Origin: an uncultured Lachnospiraceae bacterium
GTDB taxonomy: Bacteria; Bacillota; Clostridia; Lachnospirales; Lachnospiraceae
Reading direction: 5' to 3'
DNA length: 64,000 nt
Assembly (NCBI GenBank): GCA_902788035.1
Contig: CADAIL010000007.1
Coordinates: forward strand, 46,869-110,868
Shown here: one piece after another, positions 40,132 through 49,917 of the stretch
Layout: each line of letters starts with the position of its first letter
How positions within the stretch are numbered: position 1 is the stretch's first letter
Position numbers and translations under genes: made by a program
Notes under the pieces: generated by a model
Databases searched by the model: none
The model's input: only the letters and a program-made list of their open reading frames with translations
What the model was told of the DNA's origin: nothing

Positions 40132-40615
40132 GCCTCTCTTCCTTTCTGTTGTGTATCAAAGTACATAATCCTCCAGTAAATCGCGATCTCTGATCGCGCG
40201 CGAGCTGCGCAACGCACTTGTGCGTTTTCCTCTGCGCAGCTCTGCGATCCGCCGGAGGCTCATTCTTCAACGCATGATTTACGCATTCCTCTCATGACTA
40301 AAGTCACGAGTATCCTGCGTTGAAGAATGAAAAAAGGCACCTTAAGGTGCCTAAGTCAATACGCCTCCTCTTCTGCTCTGAGGCAGCTTCAAAAACGCGT
40401 TAAAAAGGGTGTGGAATCTCTTCCACACCCGAAGTATACTTCGCTCACCGCAGGGATGCAAATGTTTTTGCTTCCCCGCCCTAAAGTCCATAATATTCTG
40501 CCATTTTAATGGTAAATTATTAGCATAAAATCAAGAACGCCTCGGCGTTCTTGCCGCGCCGCGCAAAGCGCGAAGCACCTTCTTAAATCACTTATCACGA
40601 GTATTTAACCTCTCA

Positions 40616-41497
40616 TCATGAGAAAGTGATTGTGTAGGACGCCTCGAAGGTCTCCCCGGCAGCCAGGCACTGCTCATAGTCTCGCTCCGGCAGCTCGCCC
40701 TCGAAATACGTCTTGTCTGCACGACCGTACCACGGCTCAAGGCACACGAACGGTGCCTCCGGTTTCGGGGACCAGACTCCGAACAGAGGAGCTGTAAAGT
40801 CCACTGTGACGAACGGAGCCTTCTTAGAATCAAGGAGTACCAGCTTGTGAGCCTGGTCCTTCTCCACGATCAGTGTATCGATGTCGAACAGGTCGTCTGT
40901 GATCCTTATCATCCCGTCATCCAGCTCATAGGGACGGATCTCATCTGTGAGGCCGCCAAGGACCAGGTCTTTGATTGATACGTCCAGAGTCTTCTTCGTG
41001 TCGAATCCGAGATAGCACTCGTTCTTTTTATCCCCGCTGCCCATGGCAGGTGTGTTGAAAGCAGGATGCGCGCCGATCTGGAAATACATATCCTGATCGC
41101 CCGTATTGAATACCTTCCAGATGACCTTGAGAGTCCTGCCCGATAGAGCATAGCCGACCTCAAGTCTGAACTTGAACGGATATACAGCGAGGGTGTCTGC
41201 GCTGTCGCAGAGCGCAAATCCAATGTCAGCACCTTCCACAGAAGCCTCTTCGAATTCGCTTCTCCTTGCAAATCCATGCTGCTTCATCTCATAGGTCTTT
41301 CCCGCATAGCGAAATATGTCGTAAGCTACATTTCCTACGATCGGGAAGAGGACCGGTGAAGTCCATCCCCAGAAAGCAGGATCTGCCTGCCACATGTATT
41401 CGCGCCCGGTCTCATTATCGAGAACTGAACGAATCTCAGCGCCGCGTGAGCTGACCTTCACAGCAAGTTCGTCATTTTTAAGAAAGAATTCTGCCAT
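40616..41497 (-). CDS. Aldose 1-epimerase family protein (LacX-like)
   Basis: Start refined to MAEFFLK; EYMWQAD..FW..SPVLFPIVG, HGFAR, GAHPAFN, FVCLEPW. Confidence 0.92.
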   Translation of the reverse strand: MAEFFLKNDELAVKVSSRGAEIRSVLDNETGREYMWQADPAFWGWTSPVLFPIVGNVAYDIFRYAGKTYEMKQHGFARRSEFEEASVEGADIGFALCDSADTLAVYPFKFRLEVGYALSGRTLKVIWKVFNTGDQDMYFQIGAHPAFNTPAMGSGDKKNECYLGFDTKKTLDVSIKDLVLGGLTDEIRPYELDDGMIRITDDLFDIDTLIVEKDQAHKLVLLDSKKAPFVTVDFTAPLFGVWSPKPEAPFVCLEPWYGRADKTYFEGELPERDYEQCLAAGETFEASYTITFS

Positions 41498-41577
41498 CGT
41501 GTTAACCTCCTTATGATTAAGGTCGGGCAGCCTCATTTCGGCTGCGCTCCAATATGTACAGTTCGTTCTAATGCGGA

Positions 41578-42177
41578 TCATTCATCCTGATCCTGTCTCA
41601 TCCTGACCTGACTCGTCTTTTTTCTGATTCTCTGAATCGCGTTGTCAATTGATTTCGGAGACCTGTCCATGATTTCCGCGATCTCCCTGTAGCTGTATCC
41701 GCGTAGCATCAGGTTAAAGACCACCTTTTCCGTGCGGCTCAGGGCATCGAGTATAAGGCTGATCGTCTCGTCAGCATTCTCCTGATCGAGGAAAATCTGC
41801 TCCGGATTTTCGTCTCCGGTCACAGAATACTTATCCAGTTCTTCCTCCTCGTAAGCTACCGCGTCATTCAGAGCAAATCTCTTCTGCCGCTGTGATGCCT
41901 CAATAGCCTTGTAGAGCTGACGGTCTATGCAGAGCTGTGCAAATGTGAAGAAAGAAGCCCCCTTTTCATTGGCAGGATCATAATCCCGCACGGCTTTATA
42001 AAGACCGATCATGCCCTCCTGAATGAGATCATCCGGGTCTCCGCCTTTCAGGAACTTTGTAGCCGCCCGGCTCTTGACAAGCGGTTTATATTTTTCGAGG
42101 AGATAGTCCATGTAGTCCGAGTGTCCGTCCCGGATCTCATAGACGAGCTCCTCATCGGACAGAGGCTTTTGGGGCAT
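41578..42177 (-). CDS. sigH: Sigma-H-like RNA polymerase sigma factor
   Basis: DDLIQEGMIGLYKAVRDY, SFFTFA.LCI.RQ, GYSY.EIA..KSIDNAIQRIRKK; usual position after rlmB. Confidence 0.85.
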   Translation of the reverse strand: MPQKPLSDEELVYEIRDGHSDYMDYLLEKYKPLVKSRAATKFLKGGDPDDLIQEGMIGLYKAVRDYDPANEKGASFFTFAQLCIDRQLYKAIEASQRQKRFALNDAVAYEEEELDKYSVTGDENPEQIFLDQENADETISLILDALSRTEKVVFNLMLRGYSYREIAEIMDRSPKSIDNAIQRIRKKTSQVRMRQDQDE

Positions 42178-42178
42178 A

Positions 42179-42949
42179 TCAGATACCTCTCTGTCTTACG
42201 ATTTCATACATCAGAACACCCGCCGCCACCGACGCATTGAGGGAATCGATCACACCCTTCATCGGAATGGCTGCGGTAAAGTCGCACTTCTCTTTAACAA
42301 GCCTTCCGGCTCCTTCTCCCTCGGAACCCACGACAAGACCGATCGGTCCCTTAAGGTCCAGGTCGTACATGACTTTTCCGCCCATATCGGCACAGACGAA
42401 CCAGATGCCCTTTTCCTTAAGTTTGTCGATCGTCGCGCCTATGTTGACGACTCTGGCGACAGGCACATAGTTCACAGCGCCGGCCGACGCGCGGACCGCT
42501 ACAGGTGTGAGACCGGCCGCCCTGCGCTTCTGGATAATGACCCCGTGTGCCCCCGCAAGGCAGGCTGTACGGATGATGGCGCCGAGATTATGCGGGTCCT
42601 GAATGCCGTCAAGCACGATGATAAACGGCGGCTCCCCGGCCTCCTCGGCCTTCTTCAATATATCCTCGACTTCCGCGTATTCAAATGCAGCCGCCTGCGC
42701 GATCACACCCTGATGATGTCCAGTCTCGGACATCTCGTTAAGTCTCTCTTTAGTCACATAATTAATGATAGTCCCGGCCTTTTTGGCTTCTCTCAGCACC
42801 GTGTTCACAGGACCGTCGTGAAGACCCTCCTGCACAAAAAGTTTATCAATCGTTCTACCTGACCGATAAGCCTCGATGACGCTGTTCCTTCCCTCGATCC
42901 TTGCGTCCGGGATGTAATCCGGATCGTTCTTTGCTTCTTTCCTGCCCAT
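42179..42949 (-). CDS. rlmB: 23S rRNA (guanosine-2251-2'-O)-methyltransferase
   Basis: IEGRN.V.EA, HHQGV, LDGIQDPHNLGAIIR, GSEGEG, SLNASVAAG; start uncertain (42949-43003). Confidence 0.92.
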   Translation of the reverse strand: MGRKEAKNDPDYIPDARIEGRNSVIEAYRSGRTIDKLFVQEGLHDGPVNTVLREAKKAGTIINYVTKERLNEMSETGHHQGVIAQAAAFEYAEVEDILKKAEEAGEPPFIIVLDGIQDPHNLGAIIRTACLAGAHGVIIQKRRAAGLTPVAVRASAGAVNYVPVARVVNIGATIDKLKEKGIWFVCADMGGKVMYDLDLKGPIGLVVGSEGEGAGRLVKEKCDFTAAIPMKGVIDSLNASVAAGVLMYEIVRQRGI

Positions 42950-42953
42950 ATGG

Positions 42954-43430
42954 TTATCTGTTCTCCCGTTCATATGTAATTCCGATGCGTACGATTTCGA
43001 CAAGCCTTCTCATCTGTCCGGACAGGTACAGATACCCGACTAAGGCTTCAAAGCCGGTAGCCCGGCGGTAATCTGCCACAGTCGCGTTCTTGGCCATCGT
43101 ATGAGATTTTGCGTTCCTGCCTCTGCGGTAGATATCGTCCTCCTCCTTAGTGAGGCACGGTTCAATTGCCTCCATAGCGTCCGACTGGGACTTAGCTCTG
43201 GCAAGGGCGGACGATGCACGATTTAGCTCATTCGGTCTCCTCTCGGCTTCTTGGACCAGCATGGTCCGAACGAGCAGCTCGTAGACCGCGTCACCGACAA
43301 ATGCAAGCGTGAGCGGTGCGTAGGCGGCAGCCTCGGCACATTTCATTCCCGGAAGCAGGGGCAAAGTTCCCTCCGCCATACGCATCTCTTCATCTATAAA
43401 TAAAATATCCGTCTTGTCTTCCGGATTCAT
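42954..43430 (-). CDS. mrnC: Mini-ribonuclease III
   Basis: LAFVGDAVYEL, RRGRNAK, YRRATGFEALVGYLYL. Confidence 0.92.
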   Translation of the reverse strand: MNPEDKTDILFIDEEMRMAEGTLPLLPGMKCAEAAAYAPLTLAFVGDAVYELLVRTMLVQEAERRPNELNRASSALARAKSQSDAMEAIEPCLTKEEDDIYRRGRNAKSHTMAKNATVADYRRATGFEALVGYLYLSGQMRRLVEIVRIGITYERENR

Positions 43431-43470
43431 AAACTCCAATTCCTCACACCAATCAGACTGCGGGCGAATA

Positions 43471-44271
43471 TCAGATATAATCCGCAAATACGCAGTCGTC
43501 TATTTCTTCATAATCCCGCTCAGCTTCAGGCTGAATCTTTATAGTCTTCTTCTCTCTGAGATAATCGGACTCACAGAAGCGCTCATCACCCGGCATGGCA
43601 CCTCTTTTCTCAGTCACAAGCCGCCTGATTTCCTCCTCAACTGCCAGCATGCGGTTGATGAGTTCGGTGTTGACTCGCTCGAGCACCTTCATATCCTGCA
43701 GAATCGGGTCCGGAAGGTGAATCTGATCAATATCATCCCTCGGTACGACCTGATTCTTCATGCGGACAACACGTCCCGGCACACCTACTACCGTGCAGTT
43801 TGGCGGGACGGACTTCAGTACGACGGAACCAGCTCCGATCTTAGAGTTCGCGCCTATTGTGATGGACCCGAGTACTTTGGCTCCCGCAGACACCATCACA
43901 CCGTCTTCCAGCGTCGGATGGCGCTTGCCCTGTTCCTTACCGGTACCGCCGAGAGTGACGCCCTGATATAAAGTGCAGTTATCCCCTATGATCGTCGTCT
44001 CACCGATGACGACTCCGGTCCCGTGGTCGATGAACAGGCCTTTGCCTATTGTCGCGCCGGGGTGGATCTCTATACCGGTCTTCCTGGCCGCGCGCTGTGA
44101 TATCAGTCTTGCGCTCCAGTGATGACCTGCGTTCCACAGCTTATTCGCTTTTCTGTACGATCTCAGGGCATGGTAACAGGGGTACAGAAGGACATCCCAG
44201 TAGGTCCTGATCGCAGGATCCCGCTCTCTGTAGATCACATATGTCTCTTTCAATTCTTTGTACCAGCCCAT
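43471..44271 (-). CDS. cysE: Serine O-acetyltransferase
   Basis: Start refined to MGWYKEL; ERDPA, TGIEIHPGA, FIDHG.GVVIGET, KRHPT hexapeptide region. Confidence 0.93.
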   Translation of the reverse strand: MGWYKELKETYVIYRERDPAIRTYWDVLLYPCYHALRSYRKANKLWNAGHHWSARLISQRAARKTGIEIHPGATIGKGLFIDHGTGVVIGETTIIGDNCTLYQGVTLGGTGKEQGKRHPTLEDGVMVSAGAKVLGSITIGANSKIGAGSVVLKSVPPNCTVVGVPGRVVRMKNQVVPRDDIDQIHLPDPILQDMKVLERVNTELINRMLAVEEEIRRLVTEKRGAMPGDERFCESDYLREKKTIKIQPEAERDYEEIDDCVFADYI

Positions 44272-44294
44272 ACTATATCCTCCCCGGACTATAT

Positions 44295-44425
44295 TTATCT
44301 CAGTGGGGGTAGCCCCCACTTCCGCAAGGTAGTTAAATCAATTTCCTGTTCGTATCAGAGTCAAGTCACAACCCCACTAACGCTGACCCGAATTCCGCGC
44401 CAAGTCTCGCGAGAGAAACTTGAAT
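44295..44425 (+). repeat. Family B composite copy
   Basis: TTATCTCAGTGG... CGCTGACCCGAATTCCGCGCCAAGTCTCGCGAGAGAAACTTGAAT ending 5 nt from the ispF stop. Confidence 0.75.
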
Positions 44426-44430
44426 CATGG

Positions 44431-44904
44431 TCAGCCGTCAACCAAAGCGACCGCCTGAGCAGAAATACCCAGCCCCTCGCCGGTAAAACCGAGCTTTTCC
44501 TCAGTCGTGGCCTTAACGTTCACGCACTGGACAGGGATTTCCAGCGCATCGGCAATATTTTTCCGCATCATATCAATATGCGGCCTCATTTTCGGAGCCT
44601 GGGCGATGACCGTCGCATCCACGTTGTGGATGGTGAAACCGCCGTCGGCAAGTTTTGCCCTCACTGCGCGGAGCAGCATGAGCGAATCCGCGCCCTCATA
44701 TTCTTTGGCGGTGTCCGGGAAATGAAGACCGATATCCCCCATGGCCGCCGCTCCGAGCAGCGCGTCCATGATCGCATGGAGCAGAACGTCAGCGTCGGAA
44801 TGTCCGAGCAGCCCCTTCTCATAGGGAATATCTACACCTCCTATGATAAGCTTTCTCCCCTCAACAAGTCTGTGAACATCATATCCGCTTCCGACTCTGA
44901 TCAT
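44431..44904 (-). CDS. ispF: 2-C-methyl-D-erythritol 2,4-cyclodiphosphate synthase
   Basis: Start refined to [11 protein letters not shown] (RBS AAGGAGG); [23 protein letters not shown]. Confidence 0.96.
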   Translation of the reverse strand: MIRVGSGYDVHRLVEGRKLIIGGVDIPYEKGLLGHSDADVLLHAIMDALLGAAAMGDIGLHFPDTAKEYEGADSLMLLRAVRAKLADGGFTIHNVDATVIAQAPKMRPHIDMMRKNIADALEIPVQCVNVKATTEEKLGFTGEGLGISAQAVALVDG

Positions 44905-45005
44905 TTGCTCCTCCTTCAGGCGCGCTTTGGCACGCTTCCCGTTATCCTGCGTTTGATAAGACAGTTCTTTGCACATTATATCAGAATCAGCTTCTGAAAT
45001 ATAGT

Positions 45006-45542
45006 TCAACCGGTAAAATCCGAGAGCTTCTTTTCCACAGCGGCCTTGATAGACGGCTGTACGGAGTATACAGTGTCCGGCTCCCCCTCATATATAGCGT
45101 AGACCGAACCGGCAGTCTCGTTATTGTCGCCGATAAGGACGGTGGTCGTGGTTCCGTCCCGGTCAGTCACCGATATTTTATAGACCGGCGCATCAAGCCC
45201 GTAGGGAGCAAGGTCCGTGACATCAGGGATCACCTGATATACCGAGACACCTGTCATTCCCGACGCCAGAAGATTGGCTTTCTCCTGGTCTACTTTAAGC
45301 GCCTCATCATACTCGTACTTCCACTCTCCGCTCTCTCTTGCAAATGCTAACTTCTCCCCGTCAGAGGTCTCCCACTCGATCCGCGCGATTTTGTTCGCCG
45401 TCAGATCAATCAGTGTATCATAGTTTACTTTCTGCTCTTCCTCATAGGCTGCCGAGCGGCTTTTCACAAGAAAGAATACTCCTGTAAGAACGCAAAGAAC
45501 GCCGAGCGCAAAGAGGAGTACAGTCATTTTTTTCTTCATCAT
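45006..45542 (-). CDS. DUF4340-like exported protein
   Basis: N-terminal TM; [17 protein letters not shown] pattern; follows GldG-like gene. Confidence 0.75.
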   Translation of the reverse strand: MMKKKMTVLLFALGVLCVLTGVFFLVKSRSAAYEEEQKVNYDTLIDLTANKIARIEWETSDGEKLAFARESGEWKYEYDEALKVDQEKANLLASGMTGVSVYQVIPDVTDLAPYGLDAPVYKISVTDRDGTTTTVLIGDNNETAGSVYAIYEGEPDTVYSVQPSIKAAVEKKLSDFTG

Positions 45543-45593
45543 TGTTCCTCCATAAAAGATAACACGCAGTCTCTGCCGCGTGTTATCAAAATC

Positions 45594-47072
45594 TTATCTT
45601 CTGCGTCTCCTGACTGTCACCGCGATTCCCGCAATAAGGACCGCAGCCGGGAGGCCGAACATAAGCGCGTTGCCAATCAGCGTCTCTTTGCCTTCTGAGA
45701 CAGTCAACGTCGGCTCATCCATCGACTTTGCTTCAATCGATACTGTCATTTCCTTATCCGTGAGGTAGGTGACAGAGTCGGCAAAAAGCTTCATGTTGCC
45801 GGCAGGCATCTCCGCGTACATCTGAAGCAGGGAGGACAGGGCATCCGAGCTGAAAAGGCACGGAGATGTATAGTATAGAATCTTGGTGAGCCCGCTCCCC
45901 TCTGTCTTTTCTTCTTTGTCGTCACCCTCGAGGTCAATATCAGCCTCCCCAAAAGATCCCACAGAGCGGTTCCCCTCGATCTGGACTGCCAATGTGAACG
46001 GTCCCTCCGGATCTCCGCTCTCTTTTTCCATCGTCTGTGACATCAGGGATTTACTGAAGGCTTTGGCAGACGTCGTAAAGAGAGGCGTCGCGACGACATT
46101 CAGGTCATCGCTCTCTACAGTCTCTATGCCCTGGGCAAATCCATACAGCAGATTGTTCCCCTTGACAGACGCGGTCACCTGCGACGCGGTCGATGCCACC
46201 GGAAGAAGCAGGTACGGTATCTCCGTGTAATAGTCCGGATCGCCTTCCATCACGTATCCGTCGACTGCGCTCACTCCGTAGGCCTTAAGAATACCGGCAA
46301 TATTCGGCATCTCAGTGCTCGTCGCAAGCGTGACGATCAGGGCATGACCGCCATTTTCAAGATACTTTTTGACCTTCCCGGCCTCATCCGTCGTGAAATC
46401 GCTGCCCGGCGCAAATATGATAAGGGCTTCGCAGTCCCCCGGAATCTGAGAGCTGAGCAGATTCAGCTCGGAAGCTGTTATATTGGCCTTTTCAAGCGTA
46501 TCCGTCATCTCCGCGGAGAGCGCGATCTCATCGTGTCCGACCGTATAGTACACTTTGCCTGAATCTTCCGAGGCAACATACGCGATCGCCGACGTGATCT
46601 GCCCCTCTCCGTCAAAGGATGATTTATAGTTCGTGTAATCCGTAATGTATATGCTGTTATAATCGATTACCTTTGACTTGCCGCCGGAAGTGACAATGAC
46701 GCTGCCCGACGGGACATTTGCATCCGTATACTCTTTCGCAAATGTGGGATCTGCCACAAGATCGACCTTTTTGACCTTCACATGGCTTGATGCCGCGTCA
46801 TAAGACTCGAGCAGTTTTTCGATGCGCTCATCCTCCGATCCGATCTTCGTAATGAAATTCAAAGTGACGTCCTCACTGAGGCTCGCAAGTACTTCCCGGG
46901 TCGTATCGCCGATCGTGAACAGCTTATTGTAGGACGTATCAAATGTCGTCATGTCCGCAGGCAGCGCTCCCACAATAAGATTGACAAGGGCGATTGCCGC
47001 GATAATGACTGCCGTAAGGACCATCGAGTAGGAACCGTTGGTCAGAGTTTTCATATCTATTTTTTTCTTCAT
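45594..47072 (-). CDS. GldG-like ABC transporter auxiliary component
   Basis: FD.SYNKLFTIG, FDGEGQITSAI.YV, YY..GH.E; N- and C-terminal TM. Confidence 0.85.
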   Translation of the reverse strand: MKKKIDMKTLTNGSYSMVLTAVIIAAIALVNLIVGALPADMTTFDTSYNKLFTIGDTTREVLASLSEDVTLNFITKIGSEDERIEKLLESYDAASSHVKVKKVDLVADPTFAKEYTDANVPSGSVIVTSGGKSKVIDYNSIYITDYTNYKSSFDGEGQITSAIAYVASEDSGKVYYTVGHDEIALSAEMTDTLEKANITASELNLLSSQIPGDCEALIIFAPGSDFTTDEAGKVKKYLENGGHALIVTLATSTEMPNIAGILKAYGVSAVDGYVMEGDPDYYTEIPYLLLPVASTASQVTASVKGNNLLYGFAQGIETVESDDLNVVATPLFTTSAKAFSKSLMSQTMEKESGDPEGPFTLAVQIEGNRSVGSFGEADIDLEGDDKEEKTEGSGLTKILYYTSPCLFSSDALSSLLQMYAEMPAGNMKLFADSVTYLTDKEMTVSIEAKSMDEPTLTVSEGKETLIGNALMFGLPAAVLIAGIAVTVRRRRR

Positions 47073-47081
47073 ACAGCCTCC

Positions 47082-47948
47082 TTATGACCATCTTCTCTTC
47101 TGGATCCGCGCTATGGTCAGCACGACGCCTGCGACTGACACAGATACAAAATAAAGAAGATCCGGGATACTGAATGAACCGTACGCGAACGATTCAAAGT
47201 GCGAGAAAAAGTCAAATATCGACAAAATCTTTTCAGACTTGCCGCCGAACCAGTCGGGACTCACCATGAACGCTGCAAATGCAGCCAGCGCGCACACAAG
47301 GATCACCCCCAGCGATGCCCAGTAAAATTTTGTCATCACATAGACCAGGATGCCCAGAAGCACCGCCAGAACGATAAAGAATATCAGCGAGGCAAAGTTC
47401 GATGCCGAGACCATAGAATACGCGTTGTGAATGATCATGGTCGCGAACACAAAAAGAATTCCTCCGATCGCGGAGATGATCAGGTTGTCCGTCAGCGACG
47501 AGATGAACATGCCGCAGGAGAGGTACGCGCAGCCCATCGCAAAAAAGACCAGGATCGACAAGTATGCTGTGCCCATCATCTCACCGCCGCCAAGCGGAAT
47601 CAGGATGAGGGGAAGGATGCACATCACAAGGATCGGCACAGCGAACACCGTGATGAGCGCAAAGTACTTGCCGAGCACAATATCGATAAGCGATACCGGT
47701 GCCGTGAGCAGCAGCTGGTCGGTCTTCTGCCGACGCTCGTCCGTAAAAGTGCGCATGGTCAGGACCGGGACGACGATATAAAAAATCAGGTTCGAATTAA
47801 AAACAGTGTAAACGAGTGACGCCGTGCCGTAGGACAGGTTATAGTACCTGAACATATAGCCGACGACCAGAAGCATTACTGCAACCGCGATCGGTCCGGA
47901 CATGGAGGTCGCGTAGCTCTTTATCTCTTTTTTATAAATTGCTCTCAT
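47082..47948 (-). CDS. ABC-2 type permease (GldF-like)
   Basis: MRAIYKKEIKSY, LTMRTFTDERRQKTDQLLLTAP, IVLGKY. Confidence 0.9.
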   Translation of the reverse strand: MRAIYKKEIKSYATSMSGPIAVAVMLLVVGYMFRYYNLSYGTASLVYTVFNSNLIFYIVVPVLTMRTFTDERRQKTDQLLLTAPVSLIDIVLGKYFALITVFAVPILVMCILPLILIPLGGGEMMGTAYLSILVFFAMGCAYLSCGMFISSLTDNLIISAIGGILFVFATMIIHNAYSMVSASNFASLIFFIVLAVLLGILVYVMTKFYWASLGVILVCALAAFAAFMVSPDWFGGKSEKILSIFDFFSHFESFAYGSFSIPDLLYFVSVSVAGVVLTIARIQKRRWS

Positions 47949-49066
47949 TCCGCTTCCTCCCCGCTGTCCGCTTCTTCCTGTGTCTCAGACTGTTCGGTGT
48001 CCGCGACAGAATCAGATTCACTGCTCTCCGGCTCCTTTTCATCGGAAACCATTCCCGCCTGCGTCTTTACAGAATTCAAGCGGTCTTGCGACTCAGCGTC
48101 TTCAGTCATCTCATCGTCTGTGTCATCATACTCTTCATCTTCACTGTCCGTAAGCTCAAGGAAGATATCCTCAAGACTTGCCCGCTGCACATCAACGCTG
48201 TAATAGGAGCATCCGCCGGCAGTAAGAGCTGTAATAATATCCTTCCTCGGGTCACCCTCGCCGTCAAAGGTCACGTGTGCCGTGACAGTACCCTCGCCGT
48301 CATCTGTGAAATCCACTCCGGTCACGTGCTCAAGACCCTCCAGAACAGGACGCATCTCATCAGCCGTGGCAGGGGATGTGATAGTGACAGTGGCGCCCGC
48401 GCTCTTCCTGGCAAGGTTCTCCGGGGAATCCAGCGCAACAAGGCGCCCTCTGGACATAATGAGGACTGTATCGCAGATTTCACTCACCTCAGCTAAAATA
48501 TGAGAGCTCAGTATGACTGTGTGCCGTCTGCCGAGGGACTTTATGAGCTCGCGGATCTCGATGATCTGCTTCGGGTCAAGTCCGACCGTCGGCTCGTCCA
48601 GTATAAGTGTCTCCGGATCTCCTATGATGGCCTGGGCAAAACCGACTCTCTGCTTATATCCCTTCGAGAGATGACGGATCAGCCTGTCCGCAACATCCAT
48701 AATAGACAGCTCCTGCATGGCGTGGACCACTGCCAGTTTTACTTCCTTCCGCGGGACCTTCTTCAGTTCCGCCGCAAATGTCAGATATTCCCGCACCGTC
48801 ATGTCCGGATACAGTGGGGGAATCTCAGGCAGATAGCCGATTGTCCTCTTGGCTTTTTCCGGCTCCTCAAGGATATTGTAGCCGTTTATAATGACATCAC
48901 CCTCGGTGGCGGCCAGATATCCTGTCATGATATTCATTGTCGTGGACTTTCCTGCACCGTTCGGTCCCAGAAAACCGTAGACCTGACCTTCATCTACTTT
49001 AAAGCTCAGATGATCGACCGCGATGTGATCTCCGTATTTTTTCGTAAGGTTTCTCACTTCAATCAA
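47945..49066 (-). CDS. ABC transporter ATP-binding protein (GldA-like) with acidic tail
   Basis: GPNGAGKST, LSKGYKQR, LILDEPT, SSHIL. Confidence 0.93.
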   Translation of the reverse strand: MIEVRNLTKKYGDHIAVDHLSFKVDEGQVYGFLGPNGAGKSTTMNIMTGYLAATEGDVIINGYNILEEPEKAKRTIGYLPEIPPLYPDMTVREYLTFAAELKKVPRKEVKLAVVHAMQELSIMDVADRLIRHLSKGYKQRVGFAQAIIGDPETLILDEPTVGLDPKQIIEIRELIKSLGRRHTVILSSHILAEVSEICDTVLIMSRGRLVALDSPENLARKSAGATVTITSPATADEMRPVLEGLEHVTGVDFTDDGEGTVTAHVTFDGEGDPRKDIITALTAGGCSYYSVDVQRASLEDIFLELTDSEDEEYDDTDDEMTEDAESQDRLNSVKTQAGMVSDEKEPESSESDSVADTEQSETQEEADSGEEAE

Positions 49067-49140
49067 AGCGCTCTTCCTCCTTTATAACCCACTGTATCAT
49101 AATGGCACTTTGTGTCAGATTTGTGAAGTCCGATTTTAGC

Positions 49141-49343
49141 GTGACAGTTCAGACAGGCTGTTCTTATGTGACGTTTCCGGCAGCAAAGCATCCATCTTCG
49201 TGAGAAAAACATTGCATATCCGACTGAGAGACCGAAACATGCGAGGCGTGTTGCAGGCTCGCAGGGAAGGATATGCGTTTTTCGATGAAGATGATGTTTG
49301 CGCCGGATTCTGAAACTCCGCTACAGCCTGTCTGAACTGTCAC
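49141..49343 (+). repeat. Family A element, copy 3
   Basis: 21-bp perfect terminal IR GTGACAGTTCAGACAGGCTGT / ACAGCCTGTCTGAACTGTCAC. Confidence 0.9.
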
Positions 49344-49443
49344 AATTTCGGCTCAATCTCACAAGTGAGACTGTGCTGACAAAAGAGAAGGACTGCCGCA
49401 CAAGCAGCAGTCCCTCGTCTTTATATTTTGCGCAAACTCTTGA

Positions 49444-49884
49444 TTAATCTCCGAAAATCTTCTCAAGCTCATCCTGGCAGATGACTTTAACGCCGTTCTT
49501 TTTGAGAATGTCCGCAGCGGCGGCGTTGTCAGCGACCTTGATGACCAGATAAGCCTTGTCCTTCTCGCGGGTGAGGAAAGCATAGGTATACTCGAGATTA
49601 ATGTTCTGTTCACCGAGCAGCGCGAGGATCTCGGACAGAGCGCCCGGTCTGTCTTCCATCTCGACTGTGAGTACCTTGGTGATCTGGCACACATATCCCT
49701 CATCCTTCAGGACAGTGACTGTATCATAGACGTTATCCACGATAACACGAGCAATGCCGAAATCCATAGCGTCCGCCACACACATGGCCCGCATATCGAT
49801 ATTGTTCTTCTGCAGGACCTTGCAGAATTCAGCAAGAGTTCCCGGTCTGTTTTCAAGAAATACAGAAATCTGCTTTGTCGTCAT
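49444..49884 (-). CDS. Double ACT-domain protein
   Basis: QISVFLENRPGTL, EDRPGALSEIL, INLEYTYAF. Confidence 0.9.
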   Translation of the reverse strand: MTTKQISVFLENRPGTLAEFCKVLQKNNIDMRAMCVADAMDFGIARVIVDNVYDTVTVLKDEGYVCQITKVLTVEMEDRPGALSEILALLGEQNINLEYTYAFLTREKDKAYLVIKVADNAAAADILKKNGVKVICQDELEKIFGD

Positions 49885-49917
49885 AGTATTTACCTCCTCA
49901 AAAGGTGTGTGTAATTA

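Noticed and set aside
40190-40500. Group I intron relic around the NUMOD1 gene
   Set aside because: The GACTA- and AGTCC-like words are on the wrong strand relative to the ORF, pair imperfectly, and no interrupted host gene is evident.
27903-40558. Shared AAAATCAAGAAC.C..CGGCG.T.TTGCCGCG at 27903..27934 and 40527..40558
   Set aside because: Only two short copies, and one is adequately explained as a terminator; too little to call a family.
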